From NCBI GenBank assembly GCA_035463475.1, contig DATHTE010000003.1, forward strand, positions 6,670-70,669: a stretch of 64,000 nt of DNA, read 5' to 3'. Origin of the DNA: Vicinamibacterales bacterium. Lineage in GTDB: Bacteria; Acidobacteriota; Vicinamibacteria; Vicinamibacterales; 2-12-FULL-66-21. The position numbers and the translations under genes were made by a program. This document shows, piece after piece, positions 1 to 9,658 of this stretch. A model generated the notes under the pieces. It worked only from the letters and a program-made list of their open reading frames with translations. It did no database searches and was not told the origin of the DNA. Every line of letters begins with the position of its first letter. Position 1 is the stretch's first letter.

Positions 1-1663
1 ACGCCATGTAGTTGAAGCTCACGAGGTTCGAAATGCCCGCGAGCGGCGCGGCCGCCCGGAACCGGTCGGTCTGCGTGATGAGCCAGTTCGTGAGCTGGCC
101 GCCGTAGCTCACGCCCTCGACGAACAGCGCACCGCGATCGATCCACGGGTACTTTGCGATAGCGGCGCTGACGCCGCTCAGCACGTCCTTCGCCTCGCCT
201 CCGTTCTGATCTCCGAAAATCGCGTCGGCAAACGCCTGCCCGTAGCCCGTCGATCCCCGGTAGTTCACCATCAGCGTCGCGAAGCCCTCGCCCGCGTAGA
301 TCTGCGCCTTCGCGTTGAACCAGGGCCCCTGCTGCGCATGCGGGCCGCCATGAATCGCGGCCACCAGGGGGTATTTGCGCGCGGGTTCGAAAGGGACCGG
401 CTTCGTCACGAACGCCTCGATCTCGAGGCCGTCGAAGCTCTTGAACCGGAACGCCTCCACGGTCGCGATGGCGCGCTCGCGAAGGAAGCCGTTTTGTTCC
501 TGCAGCGACGTGCCGATCAGCAGCTGTGATGGGTGGTCGCGTGTGGTCAGCGCGGCCGCGATCGTGTCGCCCGCGATCGACCACGCGCCGATCGAGCCAT
601 CGATCGGCAGGCGGCGGTCGCCCCGGTAGAGCGCCGTCAGGCCGCGCTCCTGCACCGTGAACGCGACCTCGGTGCCGACCCACTTCGGCGCGCCATGACG
701 GTTGTCGATGCCGGCCGCCGCTTCGCGCCGCTCCGCCCCGGCAGCGTTCATGACGTAGACGTGCGTATCCTCCATCGTCGTTTCCGACGACGTGCGATCG
801 CGCTTCGTCGCGAGGAACGCGATCGAGCGCCCGTCCGGAGACCAGCGGGGGTAGTACTCGGCGCTCGGCGTTCGCGTCAGGCGGCGTTCGGCGCCGTCGC
901 TGACGCGCACGGCGTAGAGGTCGTAGTTGAAGACGCGATCCGAATGCGGCTCGCGGTTCGAGACGAACAGGATCTCCTCGCTGGTGGGAGACCAGTCGAT
1001 CGAGTGTTCGTAGTGCTCGCCCCGCGTGAGCTGGCGGACCGTGCGCGTGGCGAGGTCGACGACGAAGATATGGAGCCGCCGGTTGTCGTTGAACGCGAAG
1101 TCGGCGGAGGAGGCCGGCGGCTTGTACAGGTAGCGCGTGATGACGATCGGATCGCCGCCCGGCTCCTCGTCTGCTGGCGTGGAGGAGACGAACGCGATTC
1201 GCTTGCCGTCGGGCGACCACGCGAACGCTTCTCCCTCCGAAGGCAGGGGGTGGTTCGTGCCGCTCACGATCGCGACGCGTTCGCCCGGTGCGCTGACGAC
1301 GTCCGAGGCGCGGCGTGCGTCCACGACGGAGAGCGCGACGCCCCCGTCCGCGATCCCGAAGTACGCGAGCCGCGCGCCATCGCTCGACCAGCGCGGGTTC
1401 CACGCGGACGCGTCGTGTGCGCCGACACGGAACGCCTTGCCGCTCGCGACGTCGGCAACCCACAGCTCTGGATAGGGCGTCCCTGGCCCCTCGGCGTTCT
1501 GGACCGTGTAGGCGACCCTCTTCCCATCAGGCGAGAGTTGCACGTCGCCAACGGAGCGAAGCCGGTACAGGTCGCGTGTGGTGAGCGGCGGCGCGCCGGC
1601 CGCCGCGAGAAGCGACCCGGCGAGGATGGTGTGACAGGCGAGCAGCCGGAGCGTGCGCCTCAT
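1..1663 (-). CDS. S9 family (prolyl oligopeptidase/acylaminoacyl peptidase) serine peptidase, 3' end runs off the window
   Basis: Not in the ORF track; translated by hand. Starts MRRTLRLLACHTILAGSLLAAAG (signal peptide) at 1663, then PD40-like repeats (SPDGKRVAY), IHGGPH and the nucleophile motif G-V-S-Y-G-G near 100-120. The ATG overlaps the chdC stop (ATGA). Confidence 0.9.
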   Translation of the reverse strand, partial: MRRTLRLLACHTILAGSLLAAAGAPPLTTRDLYRLRSVGDVQLSPDGKRVAYTVQNAEGPGTPYPELWVADVASGKAFRVGAHDASAWNPRWSSDGARLAYFGIADGGVALSVVDARRASDVVSAPGERVAIVSGTNHPLPSEGEAFAWSPDGKRIAFVSSTPADEEPGGDPIVITRYLYKPPASSADFAFNDNRRLHIFVVDLATRTVRQLTRGEHYEHSIDWSPTSEEILFVSNREPHSDRVFNYDLYAVRVSDGAERRLTRTPSAEYYPRWSPDGRSIAFLATKRDRTSSETTMEDTHVYVMNAAGAERREAAAGIDNRHGAPKWVGTEVAFTVQERGLTALYRGDRRLPIDGSIGAWSIAGDTIAAALTTRDHPSQLLIGTSLQEQNGFLRERAIATVEAFRFKSFDGLEIEAFVTKPVPFEPARKYPLVAAIHGGPHAQQGPWFNAKAQIYAGEGFATLMVNYRGSTGYGQAFADAIFGDQNGGEAKDVLSGVSAAIAKYPWIDRGALFVEGVSYGGQLTNWLITQTDRFRAAAPLAGISNLVSFNYMA

Positions 1664-2490
1664 TCTGCGAGCGCGGGAGTACGCCCGTCGAGCATGGTGT
1701 CCAGTTCCGCCGGCGAGAACTGCAGGCCCACGAAGAACGGACCAAACTCGGCATACTCGGCGCTGGCGCGGTCGAACCGCATCTCGTGGATCAGCTTCTT
1801 GAAGACGACAGGATCGTCCGCGAAAAGATCGACTCCCCACTCCCAGTCGTCGAGACCCATCGAGCCGGAGATGATCTGCGTGACCTTCCCCGCGTAGTGG
1901 CGGCCGATCATCCCGTGCTCGCGCATCATCGCCGCGCGGTCGGCGAACGGTTCGACGTACCAGTTCTTGAGCTCGCCGCGGCGCTTGTTCATCGGATAGA
2001 AGCACACGTGGCGGCGGCGCGGCACTTCGGTGAACAGCCGGCCGTTCACGCGCGCCCTTTGCGATTCCATCTCGCGGTCGAACGCCTCGTCGTATTGTTC
2101 GCTCCCCTGCTGCAGCCTCCTGGCCTGGAGCTGCTCGTGGATCTTCGCGGTCATGTCGTACATGCCCAGCTCCACCACCGAGACGTACGACGACGTTGGC
2201 TCCAGTAAGTCGAAGAGCGGCACCCGCGCCAGGGCAAGCTGGGCTGCGGAGAGATCCTCGACCGTGCGGCGGAAGTGCACGAGCATGAGGTCCCCTTTAT
2301 GCCCCAGCAGCTGCACGAGCGCGCTGCCGCCCGCCTCCTCGCCGGAGGTCGCAATCGCGGCCACGGCCTGCTCCGCGGCGTCGCGCCGCTCCCCCGCCGA
2401 GAGCTGGCGCACTTCGGGCCACTTCACGCGAAACATCTGGTGGAGGATGCTCCACCCTTCGAGCGTCTCGGGAACGAACGGATTGTGCAT
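1660..2490 (-). CDS. chdC: Coproheme decarboxylase (HemQ/ChdC, chlorite dismutase-like family)
   Basis: CFYPMNKRR..NWY, MREHGMIGRHYAGKVTQIISGSMGLDDWEWGV and EMRFD..SAEYAEFGPFFVG closely match the Firmicutes-type HemQ signature, including the catalytic Tyr/Lys and proximal His. Confidence 0.88.
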   Translation of the reverse strand: MHNPFVPETLEGWSILHQMFRVKWPEVRQLSAGERRDAAEQAVAAIATSGEEAGGSALVQLLGHKGDLMLVHFRRTVEDLSAAQLALARVPLFDLLEPTSSYVSVVELGMYDMTAKIHEQLQARRLQQGSEQYDEAFDREMESQRARVNGRLFTEVPRRRHVCFYPMNKRRGELKNWYVEPFADRAAMMREHGMIGRHYAGKVTQIISGSMGLDDWEWGVDLFADDPVVFKKLIHEMRFDRASAEYAEFGPFFVGLQFSPAELDTMLDGRTPALAE

Positions 2491-2527
2491 GGCTTAAGCG
2501 GTGCCCGCGCGCGCGGCCGTCATTCGG

Positions 2528-4285
2528 TCAAGGCTCCCGTTCATGCACGACGCTCCCTCCCACGATCGTGACCACGCTCGTCGTGGCGGGAAGCGCGGCC
2601 GGCGGCGCGGTGAAGATATCCTGCGAGAGCACCGCGAGATCCGCAAGCATCCCGGGCGCGATCGCTCCTCTCTCCTGCTCGGCGAACTGCGCGTACGCCG
2701 AGCCCCACGTGTACGCCTGAACGGCCTCCTCTCGCGAGAGCGCCTCGTCCGGGTTGTTCGGATGCGTGGTCGCCCAGGCGATGTTCTGGAACGGATTCGC
2801 CGGACCGTCGCTCCCCAGCGCGAGCACCACTCCGGCGCGAAGGACGGACTTCAGCGGCTGCATGCCCGCCTTCCGCGCCTCGCCGAAGCGCGCCGCCAGC
2901 TCCGTAACCGTGAGGTGCGACGGGTTCTGGACGAGGATGACCCCGAGCTTCGCCGCGCGATCGAGCAAATCGGACACGAGCAGGTCGCCGTGCTCCAGGC
3001 GCGCGCGGCGGGACTGCCATCGCAGCGGCGAGCCGGCCGCCTGCATGGCCGAAAAAACGAGGTCGATGGCCCCGTCCCCCGACGCATGCAACATCACCTG
3101 CTCGCGGCTGTCCAGGGCACGGCCGAGCATGGCGGTCAGCGGCGGCGGCTTGAAGTTCGGCTGGCCGCGCCACCCGCGACGGTCCGCGTAGTCCTGCCGA
3201 AGGAACGCCAGGCGCTCGACAGGCGTGCCATCCACGATCCACTTCGTGCCCCACACGCCGAGCATGGATGCTGCCGGGGCCGGGGCTGTATTGGCCGGTG
3301 GCTGCCACCGGACGGGATCCTCGAAGGGAAACCGCACGAGCCGCACGCGAATCGGCAGCGGGACCTCTCGCAGCGCGGCGGCAACGCGGTCCGCATCGCG
3401 CGCGATCATGAACGCCTGGACGCTCGTCACGCCCCAGCCGGACAGCTCCGCGGCGAACTTCTTCCATGCCTCAACGAGGCCCGTGTCTCCCGACAATTCG
3501 TGGACCGTTCGTTCGATGCGGTACTCCGCGTACTCGTGCGCAAAGCCGCTGAGCGTCCGATCGTTTCCGCCCTTACGGAGACGCGTGAAGAACCCGCCCG
3601 GAGGGTCGGGCTCGGTCTCCGACAGACCGAGCTGCTTCATGGCCGCGGTGTTGAAGAAGGTGCCGTGGCCGGTCCACGCGCGCAGCAGCACCGGATGTTC
3701 GCGCGACACCCCGTCGAGCCCGAAGCGTGTCGCCTCCGCATCGTCGATGAGCGTGGGGCCAATCGTGCCGAAGATCCACGTGCCCTTCTCCGCGACCGAC
3801 GCAGCTTCCTTGACGAGCGTCAACAACTCCTTGAACGTTGGATCGGGAAACGGCTCGTCTCCCTGGGCGAGCCGCACGCCGGGCGGCGCCGCAGTTGGGT
3901 GCGTGTGCGCGTCGTTCAAACCCGGGACCACCACGCGCCCCTGGGCGTCGATCACGCGGGTGGCTGGACCCCTGAGCTTGTTGATGTCCGCGTTCGAGCC
4001 GACGGCGGCGATGCGCTCGCCGCGAATCGCGAGCGCGTCCGCCCACGCGATCTGCGGCGGCGCCGCGGAGGGCTGCGCGCCTGGCGTGGGGAGCGGGACC
4101 TGGGCGGCGAAGATCTTCGCGTTCACGATGACCACGTCGGCTGGCGGAGGCGCTGGCGCCTGCTTCTGCGGCGGCGGCCGGCGGGGGCGGCGCTGGGCCG
4201 GTTTCGCAGGCCGCTGGGCGGCGAGCAACTCCGGAAGGGCGAACAGCGCAGCCAGACAGAAGGGGAGGAGAAGATGCTTCCTCAT
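2528..4285 (-). CDS. Secreted amidohydrolase (Amidohydro_3/YtcJ-like)
   Basis: DAHTH, LHASGD, LEHGD and GSDGP metal motifs. Start reassigned to MRKHLLLPFCLAALFA (signal peptide) at 4285. Confidence 0.88.
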   Translation of the reverse strand: MRKHLLLPFCLAALFALPELLAAQRPAKPAQRRPRRPPPQKQAPAPPPADVVIVNAKIFAAQVPLPTPGAQPSAAPPQIAWADALAIRGERIAAVGSNADINKLRGPATRVIDAQGRVVVPGLNDAHTHPTAAPPGVRLAQGDEPFPDPTFKELLTLVKEAASVAEKGTWIFGTIGPTLIDDAEATRFGLDGVSREHPVLLRAWTGHGTFFNTAAMKQLGLSETEPDPPGGFFTRLRKGGNDRTLSGFAHEYAEYRIERTVHELSGDTGLVEAWKKFAAELSGWGVTSVQAFMIARDADRVAAALREVPLPIRVRLVRFPFEDPVRWQPPANTAPAPAASMLGVWGTKWIVDGTPVERLAFLRQDYADRRGWRGQPNFKPPPLTAMLGRALDSREQVMLHASGDGAIDLVFSAMQAAGSPLRWQSRRARLEHGDLLVSDLLDRAAKLGVILVQNPSHLTVTELAARFGEARKAGMQPLKSVLRAGVVLALGSDGPANPFQNIAWATTHPNNPDEALSREEAVQAYTWGSAYAQFAEQERGAIAPGMLADLAVLSQDIFTAPPAALPATTSVVTIVGGSVVHEREP

Positions 4286-4291
4286 CCGCGA

Positions 4292-4299
4292 AGTATAAT
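4292..4299. promoter_or_regulatory. Overlapping back-to-back -10 boxes (TATAAT on +, TATACT on -)
   Basis: AGTATAAT in a 43-bp divergent gap. The minus-strand TATACT lies 6 nt before the amidohydrolase ATG (leaderless geometry); the plus-strand TATAAT is about 30 nt before the methyltransferase ATG. Confidence 0.55.
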
Positions 4300-4328
4300 C
4301 GCCCTCCTTGGCCCTGGAAGGAGACGCT

Positions 4329-4880
4329 ATGCGAGTTCGCCCGTCGGTGGTCCTGGCAGTTCTGCTGGTTATCTCATCCGCTGCGCCGATGGCGCAGCAG
4401 GCCGCCACTCCGGAGAAGCCCCTTCGGTCGCCGGACGTGATTTACGTGCCGACGCCACAGGAGGTCGTGGACGCGATGCTCGTCCTCGCCGGCGTGACCG
4501 GAAAGGATGTGGTGTACGACCTCGGGTGCGGCGACGGGCGCATCCCGGTGACGGCCGCGAAGATGTACGGCGCGCGGGCCATCGGGATCGACATCGATCC
4601 GCAGCGGATCCAGGAAGCGAACGCAAACGTCAAGAGCGCCGGCGTGGGGGACAAGGTCAAGATCCTCAACGCGGACCTTTTCGAGACCGACATCAGCCCC
4701 GCCACCGTGGTGACGCTCTACCTGCTTCCGTCGCTGAATCAGAAGCTCATCCCGAAGCTCAAGCAGCTCAAACCCGGCACGCGCGTCGTCTCGCACGCGT
4801 TCGACATGGGAGACGAATGGCCGCCGGAGAAAACGCAGGAGATCAACGGACGAAGGATCTTCCTCTGGACCATTCGATAG
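4329..4880 (+). CDS. Class I SAM-dependent methyltransferase with N-terminal signal peptide
   Basis: PDVIYVPTP, motif I VYDLGCGDG, GIDID, VTLYLL. ATG at 4329 follows a GGAG SD; the N-terminus is hydrophobic (MRVRPSVVLAVLLVISSAAPMA). Confidence 0.85.
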   Translation: MRVRPSVVLAVLLVISSAAPMAQQAATPEKPLRSPDVIYVPTPQEVVDAMLVLAGVTGKDVVYDLGCGDGRIPVTAAKMYGARAIGIDIDPQRIQEANANVKSAGVGDKVKILNADLFETDISPATVVTLYLLPSLNQKLIPKLKQLKPGTRVVSHAFDMGDEWPPEKTQEINGRRIFLWTIR

Positions 4881-4931
4881 GCCGGGCGTCTGGCCCTTCG
4901 CTTGCTCGTCGTCTGGCGCAGGAGGACGCTG

Positions 4932-5219
4932 ATGCCTGCGCCAGAAGACGAGACCCAGCAGAGAGTGAAGGGCACGCCGAAGCCCGCCGACGCGAGCGCG
5001 CCCGATGACGCTCGCGGGACAGCACGTGGCGAAACGGGCCGCGGTGAACGCCTCGACGACTCCCCCGAAGCTCGGATGATGCGTGGCGGCACTCTCACCA
5101 CCAGCAATCCCCTGCCGCTTCCCCCCGACATGGATCGCGCGGACTTCGACGAAATCGACAACGCCGCCGCCGACGAGGCGCGCAACGACGTCAGGCGGCG
5201 CGAGCGGTCTGCCGATTAG
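4932..5219 (+). CDS. Small hydrophilic hypothetical protein (95 aa)
   Basis: AGGAGG SD before the ATG at 4932; fills the gap between genes; no family recognised. Confidence 0.6.
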   Translation: MPAPEDETQQRVKGTPKPADASAPDDARGTARGETGRGERLDDSPEARMMRGGTLTTSNPLPLPPDMDRADFDEIDNAAADEARNDVRRRERSAD

Positions 5220-5230
5220 AGATCGACACG

Positions 5231-5263
5231 GACGTGGGGTCCGCCTTCAGGCGGACCCACGTC
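5231..5263. repeat. REP-like palindrome GACGTGGGGTCCGCC-TTCA-GGCGGACCCACGTC
   Basis: 14-bp stem with one bulge and a TTCA loop; a partial second copy CCGCCTTCCGGCGG follows at about 5265-5278. Confidence 0.75.
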
Positions 5264-5284
5264 GCCGCCTTCCGGCGGGTCACA

Positions 5285-5311
5285 GAACTCGACGCCAGTT
5301 CGCGTGTCTAA
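5285..5311 (+). promoter_or_regulatory. Candidate ECF (sigmaE-type) promoter GAACT-N16-GTCTAA
   Basis: Matches the GAACTT-N16-TCTAA type consensus; about 40 nt upstream of the TonB gene ATG. Confidence 0.55.
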
Positions 5312-5352
5312 CGTCACAGAAGGGCCGCGGACCCGCACAACGGAGGGCAACC

Positions 5353-6030
5353 ATGCGATCGGGCTCTGTCCTGGTGTCGGTGTTCGTCCATGCGCTTATT
5401 CTCGTCGCGGCGCTGATCGTTCCGCTCGTCGCGACTGCGGATCTTCCCGACGTGCATCGGCCGCTGGCGCCGTACGTGCGCGTCTATCGCCCCGCGGACA
5501 TTCCGCTGCCCGCGGACACTCTGAAACGCCCTGCCCCTCAGCGGACCAACCGGCCTGCGCCTGCGCGCGCGCCCGACGGCATCCTGCCGGAGAAGCCGCG
5601 GCCGGCGGCCGACGGCGACCGTGTTCCGTTCAGCGTCGACGCTCCAGTCGGCGAAGGGTTGCCGCGGGGCTTCGGCGGAGGCGACACGATCACCGCCGCT
5701 CCCCCTCTGCCTCCACCGCCACCGCCGCCGCGGCCGATTCCGCCGCAGCCGGTCGGCGGCCGGATCACGGCGCCCGCGCGCGTCGCGTACGTCGCGCCCC
5801 ACTACCCGCAGATTGCGCAGACGGCGCGCGTTCAGGGCGACGTGGTGCTCGAAGCGATCATCGGCGTGGACGGCGCCGTGCAGAACCTGCGTCTTGTGCG
5901 CTCCGCGTCGCCGCTGCTGAACGATGCCGCGATTGCGGCCGTTCGCGAATGGCGCTACACGCCGACGCGGCTCAACGGTATTCCGGTTCCGGTCGTGATG
6001 ACAGTGACCGTGAGCTTCAGGTTGCGATGA
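5353..6030 (+). CDS. tonB: Energy transducer TonB family protein
   Basis: N-terminal TM helix with SxxxH (SVFVHALIL), Pro-rich linker, and TonB_C domain (PHYPQIAQTARVQGDVVLEAIIG..WRYTP). Start reassigned to 5353 (GGAGG SD). Confidence 0.9.
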   Translation: MRSGSVLVSVFVHALILVAALIVPLVATADLPDVHRPLAPYVRVYRPADIPLPADTLKRPAPQRTNRPAPARAPDGILPEKPRPAADGDRVPFSVDAPVGEGLPRGFGGGDTITAAPPLPPPPPPPRPIPPQPVGGRITAPARVAYVAPHYPQIAQTARVQGDVVLEAIIGVDGAVQNLRLVRSASPLLNDAAIAAVREWRYTPTRLNGIPVPVVMTVTVSFRLR

Positions 6031-6079
6031 AACCGGGCCCTCGCCTACACTCCAGCGTCTCCCCAGAAAGGCGGATCAC

Positions 6080-7951
6080 GTGCGACAATCCAGGTCCTGT
6101 TTCTTCGGTGCGGCGTTCGCGCTCACCGTGACGTTCGCACCAGCCACTCTCTCGGCCCAGGTTCCCTCCTGGCCCTCACCAGAAGAGGAAGAGGAACAGT
6201 ACATACAGACGCGAATCGCGCACGGCCAGTCACACGCGTCGGGAATGCGGCCCGAACTCGGGCCGGTGATCCTCGGCAACCCGACGCGGGCGGTCGTGGT
6301 CCTTCGCGTGGGCCTGTACTACTCATTCACGCCGACCGGCACGTACTCGGAGTTCTCAACGCTCCACCATCCGTTCGTCGATGTCGGGCACACCGCGGGG
6401 GACGTGCACGTCATCGACCGCGCCACGGGCAAGCAGATCATCGCGACGACGGCCGGCGCCGCCGTGCGCGTGGCGCACGACGGCACGGGATACCAGGTGT
6501 CGATCGACGGCACGTTCCTCGGCACGTTTGCCGGGCCGATCTTCTTCCGACCGGTCTCAGCCGAGAATCGGTTCCGCGTCGAGAGCATCCGCCGCGGCGC
6601 CAGCTTCGCCAGCAGCTACGTTCCGCTGTACCGGGGCGCGATCGAGATCGCGCGCGACAGGTCCACGGCCGCGGGCCGCGTGAACGTCGTGAACGTCGTC
6701 GCGCTCGAGGACTACGTGCCGGGCGTGGTGATCAACGAGTCGCTCTCGTCGTTTCACGTGGAGGCGTTGAAGGCGCAGGCGGTGGCCGCGCGCGGGTACG
6801 CGGTGGCGAACGTGGGACGGTACGCGGCGCTCGGCTACCCGTTCGATATCGTGGACTCCAGCTCGTCGCAGGTGTATCGCGGCGCGGTCTCCGAACACCC
6901 GAAGGCGGTGCAGGCCAGCCAGGACACTACCGGCCTCGTCGCGTCCTATGCCGGGCGGATCATCTCGGCGCTCTACTCGTCGTCGTTCGGCGGGCACAGC
7001 GAGAACAACGAATGGATCTTCAACAGCCCGTCGAACCAGCTGCCGGGCACGAATGCGGAGCCGTACCTGCGAGGTGTGTACGACGGCGACGGCTTGCCGC
7101 CGGATTTCAGCAGCGAGGCGGGCATCGACGCTTTCTGGAGCGTGCAGCAGCCGTCCACGTTCGACGAGTGCGACCGCGTGTCGAACGCGAGGAACCGCTT
7201 CTCGCGTTGGCGGATCGTGCTGACCGGCCCCCAGATCAAGGCGCGCCTGACCGGCACGCGCTTCGTGCTGATCTCCGGTGATCTCACGGGCGAGGTCGCC
7301 GACGTCGAACTGCTGCAGCGGATGGCCGGCTCGGCGCGCGCGGCGGTCGCCCGCATCACGCTCGCGTCGGGGATCGTCGAGGTGCGCGGGTGGGACAACC
7401 TCCGGTTCGTCCTCGGCAGGACGGCCGTGTCGACGCCGGCGATGTGCGCCGCCACCGCCATCGTAGCCAGCTTCACGCTGAACAACCCGAGCGTGATCAG
7501 CGTCGCGCGTAACCCGGACAGTACGTTCAACGCGCTCACGGCGTGGGGCGGCGGCTGGGGGCACAACGTCGGCCTGAGCCAGTACGGATCGAACGGTCGG
7601 GCGCACGCGGGCCAGGACTTCCTGCAGATCCTGAAGGGCTATTACACAGGCGTGGACATCGGCGCCTACCCGATCGACATCGGCCGCGATCCGGGCACCG
7701 GCGCCCCGACGCTGCGCCAGGAGTTCTTCGCGCCGAACGCGCGGGGCACGCTCGTGGTGCGCCCCAGCGCGCTCAAGGGGCTGCGCGTTCACATCAACGG
7801 CGAGCACGACATCGTGCTCGACGCGGCCGCGCTCGACACCGACATCGTCTCGGTGGACGTCTCCGCGTACCTTCGGCCCGGCATCAACACGGTGCAATAC
7901 AGCCCGGTCGGACGGACGGGCAGCGCGACGGTGACGGTGGTCGTCGAATAG
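6080..7951 (+). CDS. SpoIID/LytB domain protein (peptidoglycan lytic transglycosylase-like), secreted
   Basis: VNVVALEDYVPGVVINE, EALKAQAVAARGYA, SQVYRG and GGGWGHNVGLSQYG motifs; signal peptide; extra C-terminal beta domain. Confidence 0.88.
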   Translation: MRQSRSCFFGAAFALTVTFAPATLSAQVPSWPSPEEEEEQYIQTRIAHGQSHASGMRPELGPVILGNPTRAVVVLRVGLYYSFTPTGTYSEFSTLHHPFVDVGHTAGDVHVIDRATGKQIIATTAGAAVRVAHDGTGYQVSIDGTFLGTFAGPIFFRPVSAENRFRVESIRRGASFASSYVPLYRGAIEIARDRSTAAGRVNVVNVVALEDYVPGVVINESLSSFHVEALKAQAVAARGYAVANVGRYAALGYPFDIVDSSSSQVYRGAVSEHPKAVQASQDTTGLVASYAGRIISALYSSSFGGHSENNEWIFNSPSNQLPGTNAEPYLRGVYDGDGLPPDFSSEAGIDAFWSVQQPSTFDECDRVSNARNRFSRWRIVLTGPQIKARLTGTRFVLISGDLTGEVADVELLQRMAGSARAAVARITLASGIVEVRGWDNLRFVLGRTAVSTPAMCAATAIVASFTLNNPSVISVARNPDSTFNALTAWGGGWGHNVGLSQYGSNGRAHAGQDFLQILKGYYTGVDIGAYPIDIGRDPGTGAPTLRQEFFAPNARGTLVVRPSALKGLRVHINGEHDIVLDAAALDTDIVSVDVSAYLRPGINTVQYSPVGRTGSATVTVVVE

Positions 7952-7993
7952 CCTCCGCTGACGGTCGCGCGTGCTAGGATTTGGCATCCCTGC

Positions 7994-9484
7994 ATGGCCC
8001 GCGCGACCGTCCACGATCTCAAGACCCTCATTCTCTCTTTTCAGCCCGTTGTCGCGATCGACAGCGTCGAAGAGGAGCGCGTCGAGTCCCTGGTGCGCGA
8101 GGTCGCGGCAGAGCTGCGGCTGCCGCTGTTCCAGTGGTCCATCACGCAGGGGTTCGTGCGCGACGGCGCGAACCGGCACCCTACTTTCGGCACCACCGAC
8201 GCACTCGGCGCGCTGCGGCACATCGAAACGCTGTCGGTCGAGGCGATCTTCCACATGCGGGACCTCGCCGTGCACCTCTCGCGTCCCGACGTGCAGCGCG
8301 CGTTTCTCGACGCCGCCACGAAATTCTCGAAGACCCGCTCCACCATCGTCCTGAGCGGCGTCCCCGCGGAGGTTCCGCCAGCGGTGGCCACGATGGTCGT
8401 GCATCTCGAGCTGCAGCTCCCGTCGCCCGACGAGCTGCGGTTGCTGGTCGGGAGCGTCGCGGCCGCGATGAAGGCGAGCGGAAGGCCGGTGACCGTCACC
8501 CTCGAGCCGCCTGAGCTGGACGCCCTGGTTCTCGCCATGCGCGGCCTCACACTGAACCAGGCACGACAGGCGCTCGCCTATGCCGCGCTGACCGACCGAC
8601 GCCTGTCGGCGGAAGACATCGGCCGCATCCTCGAGCGCAAGGCGCAGATCATCCAGGACGGTGGCCTGCTCGAGTACTATCCGGCTTCCGACAACGCGTT
8701 CCAGATTGGCGGCTTCGAGCGCTTCCGCGAGTGGCTCGCGCGATCTCGCGTCGGCTTCGAGTCCGAGGCGCGCGCGCTGAACCTCAGGCCGCCCCGCGGC
8801 GTGCTCGTCGTGGGGGTGCAGGGTTGCGGCAAGTCGCTCGCCGCGAAAGTGATCGCGCGCGAGTGGCGCATGCCGCTCCTGAAGCTCGACGCGGCGCGGC
8901 TGCTGGACAAGTTCGTCGGCGAGTCCGAAAAGAACCTGCGGCGCGCGCTCGACATGGCGGAATCGATGGCGCCCGCCGTGCTCTGGATCGACGAGATCGA
9001 GAAGGGATTCGCGACGGGCAGTGTCGAGGCGGACGGAGGCCTGGCGCGGCGCCTTCTCGGCAGTTTCTTGACCTGGCTGCAGGAACACCGCACGCCGGTG
9101 TTCGTCGCCGCCACCGCAAACGACCTCTCCGCTCTGCCTCCCGAGCTGATGCGCAAGGGACGGTTCGACGAGATCTTCTTCGTCGACCTCCCGGATCCGC
9201 GGACCCGCGAGGCGATCCTCCGCATTCACCTCTCCCTGCGGCACCAGGATCCCGCACGCTTCGACCTTCCGGCGCTCGCCGCGGCGTCCGAGGGTTTCTC
9301 CGGCGCTGAGCTCGAGCAGGCGCTGGTCGCGGCACTGTACAGGACGCTGTACGAAAAACGCCCACTCGACACGTCCCTCCTGCTCTCGATGCTGCGCGCC
9401 ACGGTCCCGTTGTCCGTTTCACGGCGCGAAGACATCGCGGCGCTGCGGGCGTACGCCGCCGGCCGGTTCGTGCCCGTCAAGTAG
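7994..9484 (+). CDS. AAA+ ATPase, Ycf46-like
   Basis: Walker A GVQGCGKS, Walker B LWIDEIEK, SRH ATAND..LPPELMRKGRFDE; N-terminal pattern typical of the Ycf46 family. Confidence 0.88.
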   Translation: MARATVHDLKTLILSFQPVVAIDSVEEERVESLVREVAAELRLPLFQWSITQGFVRDGANRHPTFGTTDALGALRHIETLSVEAIFHMRDLAVHLSRPDVQRAFLDAATKFSKTRSTIVLSGVPAEVPPAVATMVVHLELQLPSPDELRLLVGSVAAAMKASGRPVTVTLEPPELDALVLAMRGLTLNQARQALAYAALTDRRLSAEDIGRILERKAQIIQDGGLLEYYPASDNAFQIGGFERFREWLARSRVGFESEARALNLRPPRGVLVVGVQGCGKSLAAKVIAREWRMPLLKLDAARLLDKFVGESEKNLRRALDMAESMAPAVLWIDEIEKGFATGSVEADGGLARRLLGSFLTWLQEHRTPVFVAATANDLSALPPELMRKGRFDEIFFVDLPDPRTREAILRIHLSLRHQDPARFDLPALAAASEGFSGAELEQALVAALYRTLYEKRPLDTSLLLSMLRATVPLSVSRREDIAALRAYAAGRFVPVK

Positions 9485-9658
9485 AAACCCGGCTAGCACC
9501 GCTTTTGCTGTTCGCCGACCCGGGATCTCAGGCTGGGACAAGCGCGGCCGTTTGCGGGACGTTGCCGCCACCTCCGTACTGGGCGACGACACAGGACCTG
9601 CGCCCGACCGCGCCATCGAGGATTCCGCGCAGGCGGACCGGCCGAAGGAGGAGAAGTC

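Noticed and set aside
1660-2490. Chlorite dismutase
   Set aside because: No signal peptide; it has the YPMxK and HG.GR.YAGKV.QII signature of ChdC.
6080-9484. Sporulation system (SpoIID plus AAA ATPase)
   Set aside because: SpoIID/LytB and Ycf46-like families are widespread in non-sporulating bacteria; no other spo genes are present.
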